In this document: positions 1-12,800 of the stretch, in pieces
Position numbering within the stretch: position 1 is the stretch's first letter
Layout of the letters: each line of letters starts with the position of its first letter
NCBI RefSeq assembly: GCF_001447785.1
Contig: NW_015168044.1
Location: 2,426,503 to 2,490,502, forward strand
Reading direction: 5' to 3'
DNA: 64,000 nt
Source of the DNA: Gekko japonicus
Lineage: Eukaryota
Made by a program: the position numbers and the translations under genes
The notes under the pieces: generated by a model
Databases searched by the model: none
The model's input: the letters and a program-made list of their open reading frames with translations, nothing else
Told to the model about the DNA's origin: nothing

Positions 1-3000
1 ACAAAAAGTGTCCTCTGTTCTGCAGTCGAGGAGGCAGGGACCCTCAATCTCTGGGAGACGGTCTCCTTTACCCTTGGTCCACGGGACTTCTTTACCTGTT
101 CCCTCCCCTACCTCTGCTTCTGAAAGTGGTCCACAAAATACTCAGAGACGGCGCAGACTGCATCTTAATAACCCCATGGTGGCCAAGGCAACCTTGGTTT
201 TCAACAGTCCTCGAGTTATCAGAAGGAATATACCATCAATTCCCTCCGACTCAGGACCTCCTCCTCCTCTCCGACTCCCCTCTCCTACATCACGACATAC
301 CACAATTTAAACTGACGGCATGGAGAATAACAGCTTCTCCACCCGCGTAGCGAACGTTCTGTTGAATTCCAGGAAACCTACTACATGGAAGTCCTACAAT
401 TATAAATGGCGAAGGTTTTGTTCTTCCCTAGGTGATGACACCCCTCGAGCTACCTCAGTGGGTCTCTAAAGAGTTTTCCAATTCCTCCTCTCCCTAGCTG
501 ACTCGGAACTTTCCCATTAATTGTTACGAGTTTATTTGGTCGCCCTTTCGGCCTACCATGTTCCAGTTGATGGATGCACACTGTTTTCCCATCCATTTTT
601 GAAACGTTTTTTAAAGGTTTTATTGCCTCTCTACCCTCCTGTCAAAACTCCAGTCGTTCCCTGGGACCTTCCTCTAGTTCTCCGCCAGCTCACGAGGAAG
701 CCCTTTGAGCCGCTCGCAACATGTGACCTCAAACTCCTAGCATGGAAAACGGTCTTTTTAATTGCTGTCACCTCAGCTAGAAATATTGGCTTTCCGACAT
801 GATACACCTTACCTGTCATTTTTGCCAGATGGAGTCCGCCTCATACCGGACATTTCCTTCCTGCCGAAGGTGGTGTCAGAGTTCCACCTGCAGGTGGAGG
901 GTCTTCCTCCCTGATTTCTTCCCAAATCCAACATCAGCGGAAGACAAGCTATTACACACTTTAGATGTGAAGCGAGCTCTCCTGTTCTACCCCAATAGAA
1001 CACGCCCAACGAGACGAGACTCACAATTGTTCGTCTCTTATGCACCAGCAAGGCTGGGGACTCGCATCACAGCTCAGCGCCTGTCAAAGTGGATTGCGGG
1101 GCTCATCCATCTCTGCTACCTAATCGCCAAACAGCCATTGCCTGGCCCTATCAGGGCTCATTCTACCAGAACTGTGGCGACTTCCACTGCCTTCCTCCAG
1201 GGAATTCCCCTGACGGACATTTGCAAAGCCGCTACATGGGCCACGCCTAGCACCTTCATCAGGCACTACGCCCTAGACGTCCGTAAGAACACCAATACCA
1301 ACATGGGACGTCTCATTCTGTCTTCGGCTACACAGTAAGGACCTGCCAGCACCCTCCTCCAGGTAGGCCACTGCTCGCTAATCTCCCATGGGTGTGAAGC
1401 ACAGAGACCACGTCGAAGATAAACAGGTTGCTTACCTGTTTATGGTGCTCTTCGAGTGGTCATCTGTGCATTCATGCCACCCGCCCTCCTTCCCTGCTGT
1501 CAGCGTCTACATTTTTATTTATTTATTATTTATTTATTAAATTTATACCCCGCCCTCCCCCGTAGGGCTCAGGGCGGCTTACAGGGCGAGAAATTTTGCA
1601 ATAAAAACATCCTATACATTTAAAACATACTATACAGTTTAAAAACAATCTCAATACAAATAAAGTGCTCAATAATCCTCAGTTCCAAAACCCAGAAAGA
1701 TGACTGACCATATCCAAACATTCCCGGTAGGCATTCAGTGGCTTCAATATTAAGATGTTAAAAGTTCAGATGTTCTTTCCTAGGGCCTTTTCCACCCCCC
1801 TATGATGACAATATAGCAGGGGGGGCGGAGGCCCTGGTGGAAGAGCTCCGTCTTACAGGCCCTGCGGAACTGCATCAAATCCCGCAGGGCCCGGATCTCC
1901 TCCGGGAGCTCATTCCACCAGGTAGGGGCCGCCACTGAAAAGGCCCTGGCCCTTGTAGCGACCAGTTTTGCATCTTTGGGGCCCGGCACAGTTAGCAGAT
2001 TTTGGGCCTGAGACCGTAGCGCTCTTGGGGGAACATACAGGGAAAGGCGGTCCCTAAGGTAGGCTGGACCCAGACCATGTAGGGCTTTATAGGTAAGAAC
2101 CAGCACTTTGAAGCGAATCCGGTACGCTATTGGCAACCAGTGCAGCGCTTTCAGCACAGGCTGAATGTGGTCCCTTCTAGAGAGACCCATTAACAGCCTG
2201 GCCGCAACTCCGAACCCCAGACGCAGGCACCAAAGGCACCCCATCAAAAGTCGGGAGAGGGAGCCCCAGTCGTGTCCCGGCCTGACTCAAGCCCAGGACC
2301 TCCGTCTTCGCCGGGTTTAGTTTCAATCGACTCAGCCGGAGCCAACCAGCCACAGCTTCAAGTGCCCGATGCAGGTCATCGGGACTCGAGTCCGACCGGC
2401 CAACATCGAATAGAGCGGGGTGTCATCAGCATATTGATGACACCCCGGCCCATAACTCCGGATAATCTGGGCAAGGGGGCGGATATAAATGTTAAATAGC
2501 ATCGGGGACAACACTGCCCCCTGCGGTACCCCACACTCAAGGGGAAACCTACGGGAGCGCTGGTCCCCGAGAACCACCCTTTGTCCCCGACCTTGCAGGA
2601 AAGAGGCAAACCATTGAAGGGCAAGCCCCTGAATCCCCACGTCGGCAAGGCGATGGATCAGCAACTGGTGGTCGACAGTGTCAAACGCTGCCGACAGGTC
2701 TAACAACCCCAGTGCCGCCATACCGCCTCGATCCAGCTGTCTCCGGAGATCGTCAGTCAGGGCGACCAAGGCCGTCTCGGTCCCGTGGCCCGGGCGGAAG
2801 CCAGACTGGAAGGGATCTGAAGCATCCTCCAGAAAGCCCTGTAACTGTAACGCCACCGCCCTCTGTATAAGTTTGCCCAAATAGGGCAAATTAGACACCG
2901 GCCGATAGTTGGCCAATTCGGCCGGGTCTAGAGATGGCTTTTTTAAGAGAGGGCGGACCATCGCTTCCTTGAGCGCAGTCGGGAAATGCCCCTCCGAGAG

Positions 3001-6000
3001 GGACGTGTTGACAATGTCCCGCACAGTGCCTCGCAACCCCCCAGGACTCGCTTTAATGAGCTAGGAGGGGCACGGATCAAGGTCACATGTAGTTGGGCGT
3101 ACAGAAACGAGCAATCTGTCCACTTCGTCCAAGCTGACTCTAAACCCAGTCCCGAAGACGTGCAAGGGGCCTCAAGTTCACTCACTGTCTCAATTGTTGC
3201 GAAGAGGTCACGGCGGAGCCCCAAGACCTTATCTGCGAAAAAGCTCGCGAAAGCCTCACAGCCAAATTCCAATTCCTTAACTTTTTTCTCGCCCTGAGGC
3301 AAGGTTGTCAGATTCCGAATTATACTAAATAATTGGGCCGGGCGCGAGCTCGCAGACGCAATCTCAGCCACATAGAAATCCTTCTTAGCGGCCTTGACTG
3401 CCATCTCATAGGATCTCATAAACGTCCTATAAGATGTTCTTGTTGCCTCGTCGCGAGCGCGGCGCCACCGTCTCTCTAATCGTCTAAGTTCTCGTTTCAG
3501 CGCCCACAACACCTGGGTGTACCGGGGGCGCGCCTAACGCGAGTGCAAAGAGGATGCCTGGGAGCGATCTCGTCGATGGCCGCGGAGAGTCGGACATTCC
3601 AGTCCTCCACTAGCTCATCCAACGAGCCGCCAGGGGGCCTTGGATCCCGCAGAGCCCACTGGAACCGCTCCGGGTCCATCAGGCTCCGTGGGCGAGCAAA
3701 AATACGCTCGCCGCCCATACAGGGTTGAGGTGGAATGCTCAGATGGGCCTTCAGGGCCAGGTGGTCCGACCATGGCACTGCCTCAGCAGTGATCCGGTCC
3801 ACCTCCACTCCCTCTGCAAAGATCAAATCGAGCATGTGACCAGCCCAATGCGTGGGGGCCGATACCAGCTGCGAGAGTCCCAGTGCCGCCATGGACGACA
3901 CCAGGTCCGTAGCCCGGCTGGAGGCCGCGTCCTCAGCATGGACGTTGAAATCACCCAGGACAATTAGTCGAGGGTGGTCCAACGGCCAGCCTGATACGGC
4001 CTCCAGCAGGGACGGCAGACTATTGGCCGGTGCATTAGGCGGTCGGTACGCCAGCCAAATCGCCAAACTCTCCTCGGCCCCCAGCAGCACGCCGACACAT
4101 TCTAAGCCCGCGATCTCTACCGCCGGGAGTGCCCTGAAGGAGTAAGCCTCTCGAATGAGGATAGCTATCCCTCCCCCCGCCCCCTATTCCGCGATTGGTG
4201 AAGGACCAAGTAACCTCGGGGGGCTAACTGTGTGAGAGCTAAGGTCTCACCCTCCCTCACCCAGGTCTCAGTCACGCACGCCAGGTCCGCCTGATGTTCC
4301 GTCACAAAATCCCGTAAGGTTGTGACTTTGTTGTTAATGGACCTGGCGTTACACAACACCAATGACAGAGGGGGGTCCATCCTGGCCCCACTGCCAGCCA
4401 CCCTTGGGATGGGCCGTAGGCTGGAAGGACACCGAGCTCTCCTATTTCTCTGTGGCCTTCCATTAACACTCTGCCTAGGCCCACCGCTGAACTTCCCCCT
4501 CCCCAAGAGCACCGGAATCTGCTGCTCAAGCATGATGTTATACCAGTGGCCGTCTACAAGGCTTCAGACCACCAAACACACTACACAGCAAGAGGGTCTG
4601 TCACCACAAATTGGTCTCAGACAGCCGCGTCACCAGTCCTAACAGTACAATTATACTTCAGTTACAATTACAATTTCAATTTCAGGCTGCTCAAAACAAC
4701 ACTACATTAATATCAGTTCAGCTGAACACATCAATCACCTTCACCGACAGTAATATCCCTGTTCACAGCCAACCGACAAACTTTCCAACAACACCCAAAC
4801 AGCCAGGCTAACACAGTATCTCCTCACACATTCAACTCAATCTCCACACTGGTGACCCTCTCACACATCTCTCCCTTGCTAATCGCCAGAGGGCTATGCT
4901 GGATTCAGCCCTCTGCATGCAAGGTTCCCTTTTATGTCCACTAGAGGGCCCTGCTGTTGTAAGATCTTCCGGCCCTCCGCCGCTCTCAAATCAGCTGGAA
5001 AAACCCGGGCTCCGTCAGACATACGCAGGCTTCGCCAAAAGGGCACAGCGCACAGGACAATCCAGCGTGGGCCCAGCAGACCCGGCCCCACTTGTCCCAG
5101 CTTAATCACCCTCCGATCCAAGACTCCCGAGCTGGGCCTCCCACTCTGCCAGCCGGCTCCAGATCGTCTCCGCCGGGCTCTCTGCGCTGCCGCCCCGTGC
5201 TGCACTCCCGTTCCAGGCCCCCGCTCTCCAAACCGTCGCTTAGCCAACAGGCTCCTCGGCCACTCCGCAGACCACCCCAGCGTCTCCAAGGGCCCCCCGC
5301 GCTGCCCCGCGGCACCTCTCGGTAAGCCTTGGTGGTGGTTCTCGTGCGGTTTGTTGATCTCAGGCCGGGAGTCCTGGGCTGGGGGTCCTGGGCCGCTCCA
5401 AGGGAAGACAGACAAAGGTACAGGGGAACTCGGAGGGACCTCAAAGATGAAGAAAAGAGCACCCACCAGGGCCACGTCACTCCGTACTTCTCTTAGTCCA
5501 GCCGGCCCCGCGGCACCGGCCAGCCGATAGCTGAGCCGGGGAGCCTGTAATCCAGACCGCGGTTCCTGCGCAGCCGTTGTTATCCATAGGCCGCGCCGGA
5601 GAAAAATGAAAAATAAAAGTCTCACAGCGCGGCAAGATATCCCATTCCTTATCGAAGGCTTGCCCAGCATAGTCCGTGGATGGGAACAGGGGTCGCAGGT
5701 CTTTATCCCCCACAACTAAAACTGGCAGAAATTTAATACTGCCTAGTCGCTGAGGAGCTTGAGCACCCGAGCTCCTCCCGACGCCATCTTGTGTGTTGCA
5801 CAACAGAGGCCAGCTGTCAGTGTAGCAGCCCTCACTGCCAGCAGGGATGGCCAAGAGCCCTGCTCAGCCCCAAGGAGGGGAGGGGGCAATGGCCCAGCAG
5901 AAGTTCCCACATGTAGAGAACCAGAAATGCAAGAAAGATTGATGCAAATCAATAGGGGTTGATTTGCGGCGGTTTGAAGGAACTGGCGGGATGTCCGCGC

Positions 6001-6178
6001 CCACCCCTCTAAGCATGCGCGGTGGGGTTCCTGCGCATGGCCGAGGTCTGGGCGCGAAAATCCGTTAAAAGAGCTTGCTACAGCACCGATCGATCCAGCG
6101 CATGCGCACTGGATCCCATGGGTGTGAATTCACAGATGACCACTCGAAGATCACCAGTTACAGGTAAGCAACCTGTTT
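1..6178 (+). mobile_element. DIRS-type (tyrosine recombinase) retrotransposon, 3' part, interrupted by an L2
   Basis: DIRS methyltransferase-like motif ILITPWWPRQPWF (126-350). Frameshifted YR with HTLDVKRAL, AHSTR and W..PSTFIRHY (about 350-1338). Internal complementary region 1386-1474 matches the terminus 6115-6178. Confidence 0.9.
1511..5795 (-). mobile_element. Near full-length L2-clade LINE with APE endonuclease + RT; frameshifted and internally deleted
   Basis: EN motifs CNARS, VTETW, YRPP, GDFN, LDL, SDH. RT motifs NYRPVSNL, QSGFR, LDLSAAFD, GVPQG, YADD. (AAAT)n-type tail at 1511-1540. 5' end begins AAGATGGCG near 5790. Confidence 0.92.
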
Positions 6179-6590
6179 TTTTTTCTTGTTGGCTTGAGCC
6201 ATGCATACTAATGATGTCTGTGTCTGCTGTGTTGAATGTCACTGCTGGCAGAGCAGCCTACTGATCTACATGGAAGTATGTCTCTAAAGAGGTTTTTTTT
6301 GTTCCAAATGTTAAAACAGTACTGCAGATGGTCCAGTATAAATTGCACGTCTTGGTTTTCTACCTCCACCTGCCAGCAACTTTTTGACCTGTAACATCTT
6401 GAAACAGAGTATCAGAGCACTCAGTGCAATATGTATGGAGCTGAATATCAATAAAATTCTGAGATCAGAATGGCACTGCTAGGAGTGAAGCAATCTACTG
6501 ATTTGTTTCCTCACTATTTTTTCCCTCTCATCGTTCTTGTTTACCATTCCATTTTTGACTTTTCCCTTTCTCTTTTAATGTATTTCACAG

Positions 6591-6662
6591 AGACCAAATG
6601 AGAGGCTCTGCACGCTGTCTGAAAGACCAAGGGAAGAAACAATACTGTTGGACGAAACCCCA
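6591..6662 (+). CDS. NSD3: NSD3 exon 3 (RPNERLCTLSERPREETILLDETP)
   Basis: Pyrimidine tract + cacag acceptor, gttagt donor, 72 bp, phase 0-0; resembles human RPNERVDTVSEKPREE. Confidence 0.88.
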
Positions 6663-6677
6663 GTTAGTATTTTTTTT

Positions 6678-6832
6678 AATTTGACATAATTTATACCCAG
6701 CCTTTCTTCCTACTGGGGACCTAAAGCAGCTTATATTATTATCCCCTCCTCCATTTTATCTTCACAACAACCCTTTGAGTTAGGTCACCCAGCAAGCTCC
6801 CATGGTAGAGCAGGGAGTCGAGCATGGGTCTT
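6678..6832 (-). mobile_element. Degraded squamate SINE fragment
   Basis: Motifs tttatacccagcc...ccattttatcttcacaacaaccc...ggtcacccagcaagc typical of Squam/MIR-like lizard SINEs. Confidence 0.6.
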
Positions 6833-7197
6833 CAGTGTTTTCTGTCTACGTTGTTTCCATTAAAGTTTTGTCCCATGTGTTGATAGAGTATCCTATTCGT
6901 TATTCCCATTTTCATAACTATTCTCTTACTTAGTCACTTGCTGCAGTATTTGGTTAATAAGTTAAATCTTTTCTGTTTGCGCTACCTTCACACCTTGTAC
7001 TCAGCCTTACAGCAGTGTATGTTCCAATTAAAGAGGGAGCTGTCCAGGGCAGGAAAGGTGCGCTGGACCCTCCCCAGAAGTCCTTGAACCAGAGCAGTAG
7101 CAGCCATCCAAGGCTCTTGCCTGCTCTGGAAAGGAAGGAGGGTGTGTGTGGGGCTGGAGGGCTCCTTGGAAGGGACTCCCCATCCATAACAACAGAC

Positions 7198-7247
7198 CCT
7201 AAATGGCCTCACCCCTACCCACCTAAATGGCCTCACCCCTACCCACC
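7198..7247 (+). repeat. Short tandem duplication (cctaaatggcctcacccctaccca x2)
   Basis: Directly visible. Confidence 0.9.
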
Positions 7248-7453
7248 ACAAGGTATCAAAGGAATAGCTGAATATACATGTGTTATGATGTCTGCATACT
7301 ATTCTGAAAATTTGGAGTTTTTTCTCTATTAAATGACAAGAAGATAAGCAGCACCTGGCAGTTCTTATCTCTTGCACTATGCTGTTTGCAGAACTCCAGA
7401 TACATACCTTTTGTTTTTTACTTACACCTCATCTCACTGTTACATTTTTATAG

Positions 7454-7613
7454 CCCCAGCAGGTCTCTCCTCCTCTTCCAGCGCAACCAGTGAGTGACGT
7501 CAAGTTTGAGGTTGGAGATCTGGTCTGGTCCAAGGTGGGAACATATCCGTGGTGGCCCTGCATGGTTTCAAGTGATCCGCAACTTGAGGTTCATACCAAA
7601 ATTAACACAAGAG
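7454..7613 (+). CDS. NSD3: NSD3 exon 4, PWWP1 start ([38 protein letters not shown])
   Basis: tag acceptor, G|gtaagt donor, PWWP motif. Confidence 0.95.
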
Positions 7614-8397
7614 GTAAGTAGTTCTGACTGCTCGACAGGTTTGATGGAAACTTGTTGTGAATGGCTATTTAGCAGTGTCTCTCTTTAAACTCAGATTTGT
7701 ATGTATGTTTTTAGCTGTATAGCAGCGCAGTATTGCCTGATCAGTAATGAAGGCTAAGCCAAGTCTGGGTAGAAAAGAGACTGGTTGCAATTTAAAAACA
7801 CACATACAAAACTTGCCATTTTTGTAATGTATTTTAAGTTCACCATAAGCACCCGGCTTGTATTATCGCAGGCCTGGTTTATACATGCAGCAGAATTAGG
7901 TGGTAGAATTCTGAGGTGGTAAATGGACTGCAGGTGAAAGAACTCCCTCACACATGATCTAGCTAATATCTGCTATGGTTTCTGTTGTTTTCCTCCCTCT
8001 TGAAGTAGAGAGGAACTCCAAACTAACCCTGGCTCCTTTAATCACATCTCCAGCAAGTGAACAAAGCAGGTTTTCCCAGCTTTCACCAGTATTCTGTGTC
8101 AGTAAAATCTTCCCTGTCACAGCACCTGCTCATGACGTGTGCCAATAACTGTTAATGCTAAGGAGATGTAGACGCTGATGTGATAATGGACCCGTAACAG
8201 CATGCATACACTGAATCATGTCACAGTTCCAATTTTCCTCTACCTTGTATAGGCGCTACATGTCTGCATGTGCCTAGTTTTTGCACATCATGAATGTGCA
8301 GTATCTCCTCCAGTGGAAAAAGGATAACATGGAACATTTTGAATTATGTTGTCTGTGAAATTCAGAAGCTGAGCAGAATGCTTTCTGTCCATTTCAG

Positions 8398-8549
8398 GTG
8401 CACGGGAATATCACGTTCAGTTTTTTAGCAACCAGCCTGAGAGGGCATGGGTACATGAGAAGCGGGTACGAGAGTACAAAGGACGCAAGCAGTATGATCA
8501 GTTGGTGGCGGAGGCTGCTAAGCAAGCCAATCACTCTGAAAAACAGAAG
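8398..8549 (+). CDS. NSD3: NSD3 exon 5, PWWP1 (AREYHVQFFSNQPERAWVHEKRVREYKG...SEKQK)
   Basis: ttcag acceptor, gtgtgt donor, phase 1-0. Confidence 0.96.
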
Positions 8550-9469
8550 GTGTGTACATTCTGAAATGAATCTGAAATTGTACAGTTTATTTTACTCATG
8601 GGACGGTAGGTTAATTAACTGTTTACACTGCACCTGATTATTTGTTGACTGCATTAATATGATTGACTGACCACTGACTTTTCACATGGCCCCCAAAGGA
8701 GCTTCTACTGTGCTCTTTGAGCTTGTCCTCTGGGAGAAGAGGAGCACATGGGTAATGACAGGAACTTTGAGGCAGAAGGCAGGCAGAGAACATGACATGG
8801 TCCTAACCAGTCCTGGCATATGTGGCCAATCATGCTGCTCACCATAGTTTGCCTTTTATATTGAATGCAAGACTGAATAAAAGTCACAAGCATGTAGTAT
8901 CAATAGGATATGTTAAGACATCTTTGTCAGAGAGATCGGGGGTTTTGAGAACCTGGAAAAACAGAGAAAGGCAGTGTTAAAGATCATTTCAGTCCGTCTT
9001 CTTTTGGATAGTTCTTGAGGGCTAAGGTATTCTTGTACGTACGTTGGGGTATCCATCTGTTAAAATGCCTTTTTTATTTGCAAATGTAAAGTTATTATTG
9101 GCCTCTGTTCTTTTCCCATGCTAGCATGTGAAAGTAGTCCTTTACTGCAACTGCTCTCTTCATTTAAATTTATTGCCATGTGTTTAAAAATTATGTATTC
9201 TGTGTACTTGATGGAGTTAGCAGGAATTCTGTGGAGCAGCTGCAGCCCAGGCATGTTGAGGGCAAGGTTAGGCAGGTTGTGGACATGGTTGAAAGAGGCA
9301 TGCACATTCCGCAAGATAGAAGCCTCATTTCGTAAATCCAAAATAACTTTTTAAACTCCGTTTTCAAAAATTCTGCCTGCCCAGTTGTAAGGAATTTAAT
9401 CATTCAGGCTTCAGGTTCTAAGGTGATTGGACCTTTCTTCAGAACTTTAAGTGTTGTTGGGATTCTGGC

Positions 9470-9665
9470 CAGTGTTCCCTCTAAGTTGAGTTAGTGTGAG
9501 CTAGCTCACAGTTTTTTAGCTTCCGCTCACACGTTTTTGTCTTAGGATGGCTCTAAAGCAAACTAATTAACACGGTAGCCAAATCACTCACTCACAACTT
9601 TAATGCCAGTAGCTCACAAAGTAGAATTTTTGCTCACAAGACTCCACAGCTTAGAGGGAGCATTG
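9470..9665. mobile_element. hAT-type MITE family A, copy 1
   Basis: TIR cagtgttccctctaag / cttagagggagcattg; perfect 8-bp TSD attctggc (9462-9469, 9666-9673). Confidence 0.9.
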
Positions 9666-10753
9666 ATTCTGGCCTATTCAGAATGTGCTCCCTCTGATGA
9701 TTAGAGACAACTGTGACCAGTTTCTGTTACTTGAAGATTCAACCTTGGGAGACTGTTTTACAGAGTCTCTATCTCTCCTCCCTAGTTTCTTCTCAAACCA
9801 GATCCTAATTAACTGGTCAGCCCTGATTGACCATTGAGTTGCTGGGTGATGTACTGATCGCTAGAAAATACGTTTTTTAATGTGCATAGAACAGCTCATT
9901 TTTTAGCCTTCGTCACCTTGGCACACTGCTGCGCTATATCAGCTGACTACAAAGAAGGCCTATATTCCGTTGGATGGGTAAGACGGATGATTGAAGAATG
10001 CCATTTAGAGACGTCTGATGGTAGCAAGGTCTAAAGTTTTCGGGTAGCCAGGTTTTATGTAGTAATAGTGAGGGTATTTGTTTTTGATATTTTTTTGCCT
10101 GTGACTGAGTGGTTTATGCTTTGCAACACTCCTTAATACATTTGATTTACATTTCAAGCCGTGTCTGGAATCACTGACTCAAACATAGGTGCACCCCAGA
10201 GCAAACCCTGAGAGTGGAAAGCCAAGGCCTTGTAAAGGCCCTCACCCTCACAAGATAAAACAAGGAGAGGATGTCCTGCCTGCCTAACTCCTAAAGTGGC
10301 TGTTTTCAGCACCCAGAATAGGAGGCTTAGGACCTCTTATCCTTACACCAGTCCATCCAGCAGCAACACTTCTGAAAACAGTTTGGTGAAATATATTCTG
10401 ATTGTGTCATTCCTAGCCCAGATGACATCTGAAGAAACTGTGTGGTTGATCAGGTACTTGAGGTGATCACCTAGTATTGCCATGCTTGGGATTTGGGGGC
10501 CCAAACATGGCTTAATATCAAGTCATGAAGAAAGGCCAGCAGTGCATTGTGGATGCATCACCATCTGAGTTTTCTTTTAATTTCCCCATCTTTCCTCCAC
10601 AGTGTGGCTTGTCTTCCTGCAAGCCATGAGAGGCTACAGCTACATTTTCAGAGAGATGTTCTTAACACATATTTGTCATAGCTAGCACTGTTTGAGTATG
10701 ATCTGTGAGTGGAAATGAATCAATGCAATAAACCCATCTCCTTTATTCCAAAG

Positions 10754-11266
10754 ATTCGCAAACCAAGGCCACAGAGAGAGCGGGCACAGTGGGATATTGG
10801 CATCGCCCATGCTGAGAAGGCTTTGAAAATGTCTCGGGAAGAGAGGATAGAACAATACACATTCATCTATGTAGATAAAGAGCCAGAGGAGGCTTTTTCA
10901 AAAGCCAAGAGGACTGGTGTCCCTAAAGTGGAGGCTAAAAAGAACCGGAGATCTAAACCGTCACCTAGTGCTCAACCAGAAGAGACCAATGAGGTTTCAG
11001 CGGTAACCTCCTCACCCAATACCGAGGTGCGGAGGCATAGTCAGAGAAGGCAGTCTAGTGTGGAAGAAGAGCCTCCCCCTGTGAAAATAGCATGGAAAAC
11101 TGCTGCAGCCAGAAAATCCTTACCAGCTTCAATAACCATGCACCAGGGAACCTTGGACCTTCAGAAATGTAATATGTCACCAGTCGTTAAAATTGAACAA
11201 GTTTTTGCTCTTCAGAATGCTGCTGGGAATGGAAAGTTCATTGATCAGTTTGTTTACTCTACCAAG
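10754..11266 (+). CDS. NSD3: NSD3 exon 6 (IRKPRPQRERAQWDIGIAHAEKALK...FIDQFVYSTK)
   Basis: Lies within ORF 10709..11290; aag acceptor, gtaaag donor, 513 bp. Confidence 0.97.
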
Positions 11267-12149
11267 GTAAAGACTTATTTATGTATGTGATTTATGAATT
11301 ATGAGGTTTAAACTTGAATGTTTTCTGGAGTTTCAGAGTGTGATCTTAGAAAGCAATCTGTAGTATTTTGGCTGAGGCTTTTGCCTGTTAAATGTCAGAG
11401 GTTCCATTCACTTATCCCAGGCTGGTTGCTTTGTAGAGTGATGTATGTGACAAATCAGGTGGCCTTGCATGGTAACTGCCTAGTCTGAGCTGGATGAAGG
11501 TATCCAAAAAGCCAGCAGCTCTTCTTCCAATCCCAGTTTTAAATGTTTATCGATGGGGATTGTGATCTTCTCTTGGATAGATTTAAGTGATCTGTGCCAT
11601 TGCTAAAAGTCCCTGTGAAGCAACGGAATGCAGTTCATAGCCACAGTTTGTGGCAGTCAAGGAGCTGCCAAACTCCTTTGCTCAAAAAGAATAATTTGCA
11701 AAACCAAGATTGCTTTCAGTGGTGTTAAAGAACTGCCTCTATTGTTAAATTACAATCTTAAACCAAACCAACTGGTAATATCTGGTTCATCAGTCACTAA
11801 TCTGCAGGTTGTGGTATTGGTAATATTTTAATTCTTTTAATTGTTTTTGACCTTGCAAGTTGTCACCAGGCATTTCTAGTTCAGATGTCATGAACTCAAA
11901 CATCCAAATGTCAGAGATTTCTACATGTGTTGGGGCTTCCTCAGCTTTCTCCTGCATTTCTTGGGTGCTTTTTTCGTGACTGTGATTTCTGAAATGAAAA
12001 TCCACAGTTTAGTGGTAGTGTGCCAATTTTCATTGCTGACTGTAGTTAACTGTTACAGAAATTGCAGCAAACCAACCAAGAAGTAGAACCTGTGTGTAAG
12101 TGGGATAGTGGGAATGGGGAGAGGATAGGAGAGAACACATAATTTATTT

Positions 12150-12800
12150 TTTACTTTACTTTTAAAATTTATGTTATTTATAGTTCATCTTTCTCACTGA
12201 GACAAGGCAGATTGCACAGTGTAAGTCAATGCAGTCAATAGGATAGGACATCCAGTAAGCAATGTAATAGGATAAGGATTGCAGAAATTAAAACCAAGTA
12301 AAAGTCTGAGGCAAAGCTGAAACAAAGCATACGTTTTAACATGGCATAGTAATAAAGCAGACATTTTGTAATAGGATAATACATATAGCATTAGATAGTA
12401 TGCACTGTACACTGTAGTACAGTTCACGGTTCCTTTCCCTGTATTAAACTATCTATCTGAACCATTCCATTTTGCTAAAATCCCATTGCCTTGGGGGAAA
12501 ACGCCCTCCGAATACTTCAGTTTCACATAGTTTGTAGAATGTCAGGAGACTGGGAGCCTTCCTGACCTCATTAGGCAGGCCATTCCATAAGGTGGGGCCA
12601 TAACAGACAAAGCATGTGTACAGGCACTTGTTGATCTTGCTCATTTGGAGGGTGGCACCTGCAGAAATCCCTGCTCAGATTAGTGAAGCTCTCATGGTGG
12701 AATATAGGGGGAGAAGCGGCACCACAGATATGAGGGTCCATGAAGGGCTCTGTGTATGATGGCCAATATCTTGAATTTCCACAGTCTCCAGACATTGATT
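12150..12800 (-). mobile_element. Old L2 3' fragment
   Basis: Minus-strand remnants FKILAIIHRALHGPSYL and GPTLWNGLPNEVRKAPSLLTF. Confidence 0.75.

Noticed and set aside
126-1338. Bacterial or phage integrase + methyltransferase (contamination or horizontal transfer)
   Set aside because: This domain pair followed by ICR/ITR is the standard vertebrate DIRS layout
4894-5715. 273-aa and overlapping ORFs in the L2 leader
   Set aside because: GC-rich sequence with few stops on both strands; no recognisable domain, so not called as ORF1 or a gene
10709-11290. Standalone 193-aa gene
   Set aside because: It is NSD3 exon 6 plus flanking intron
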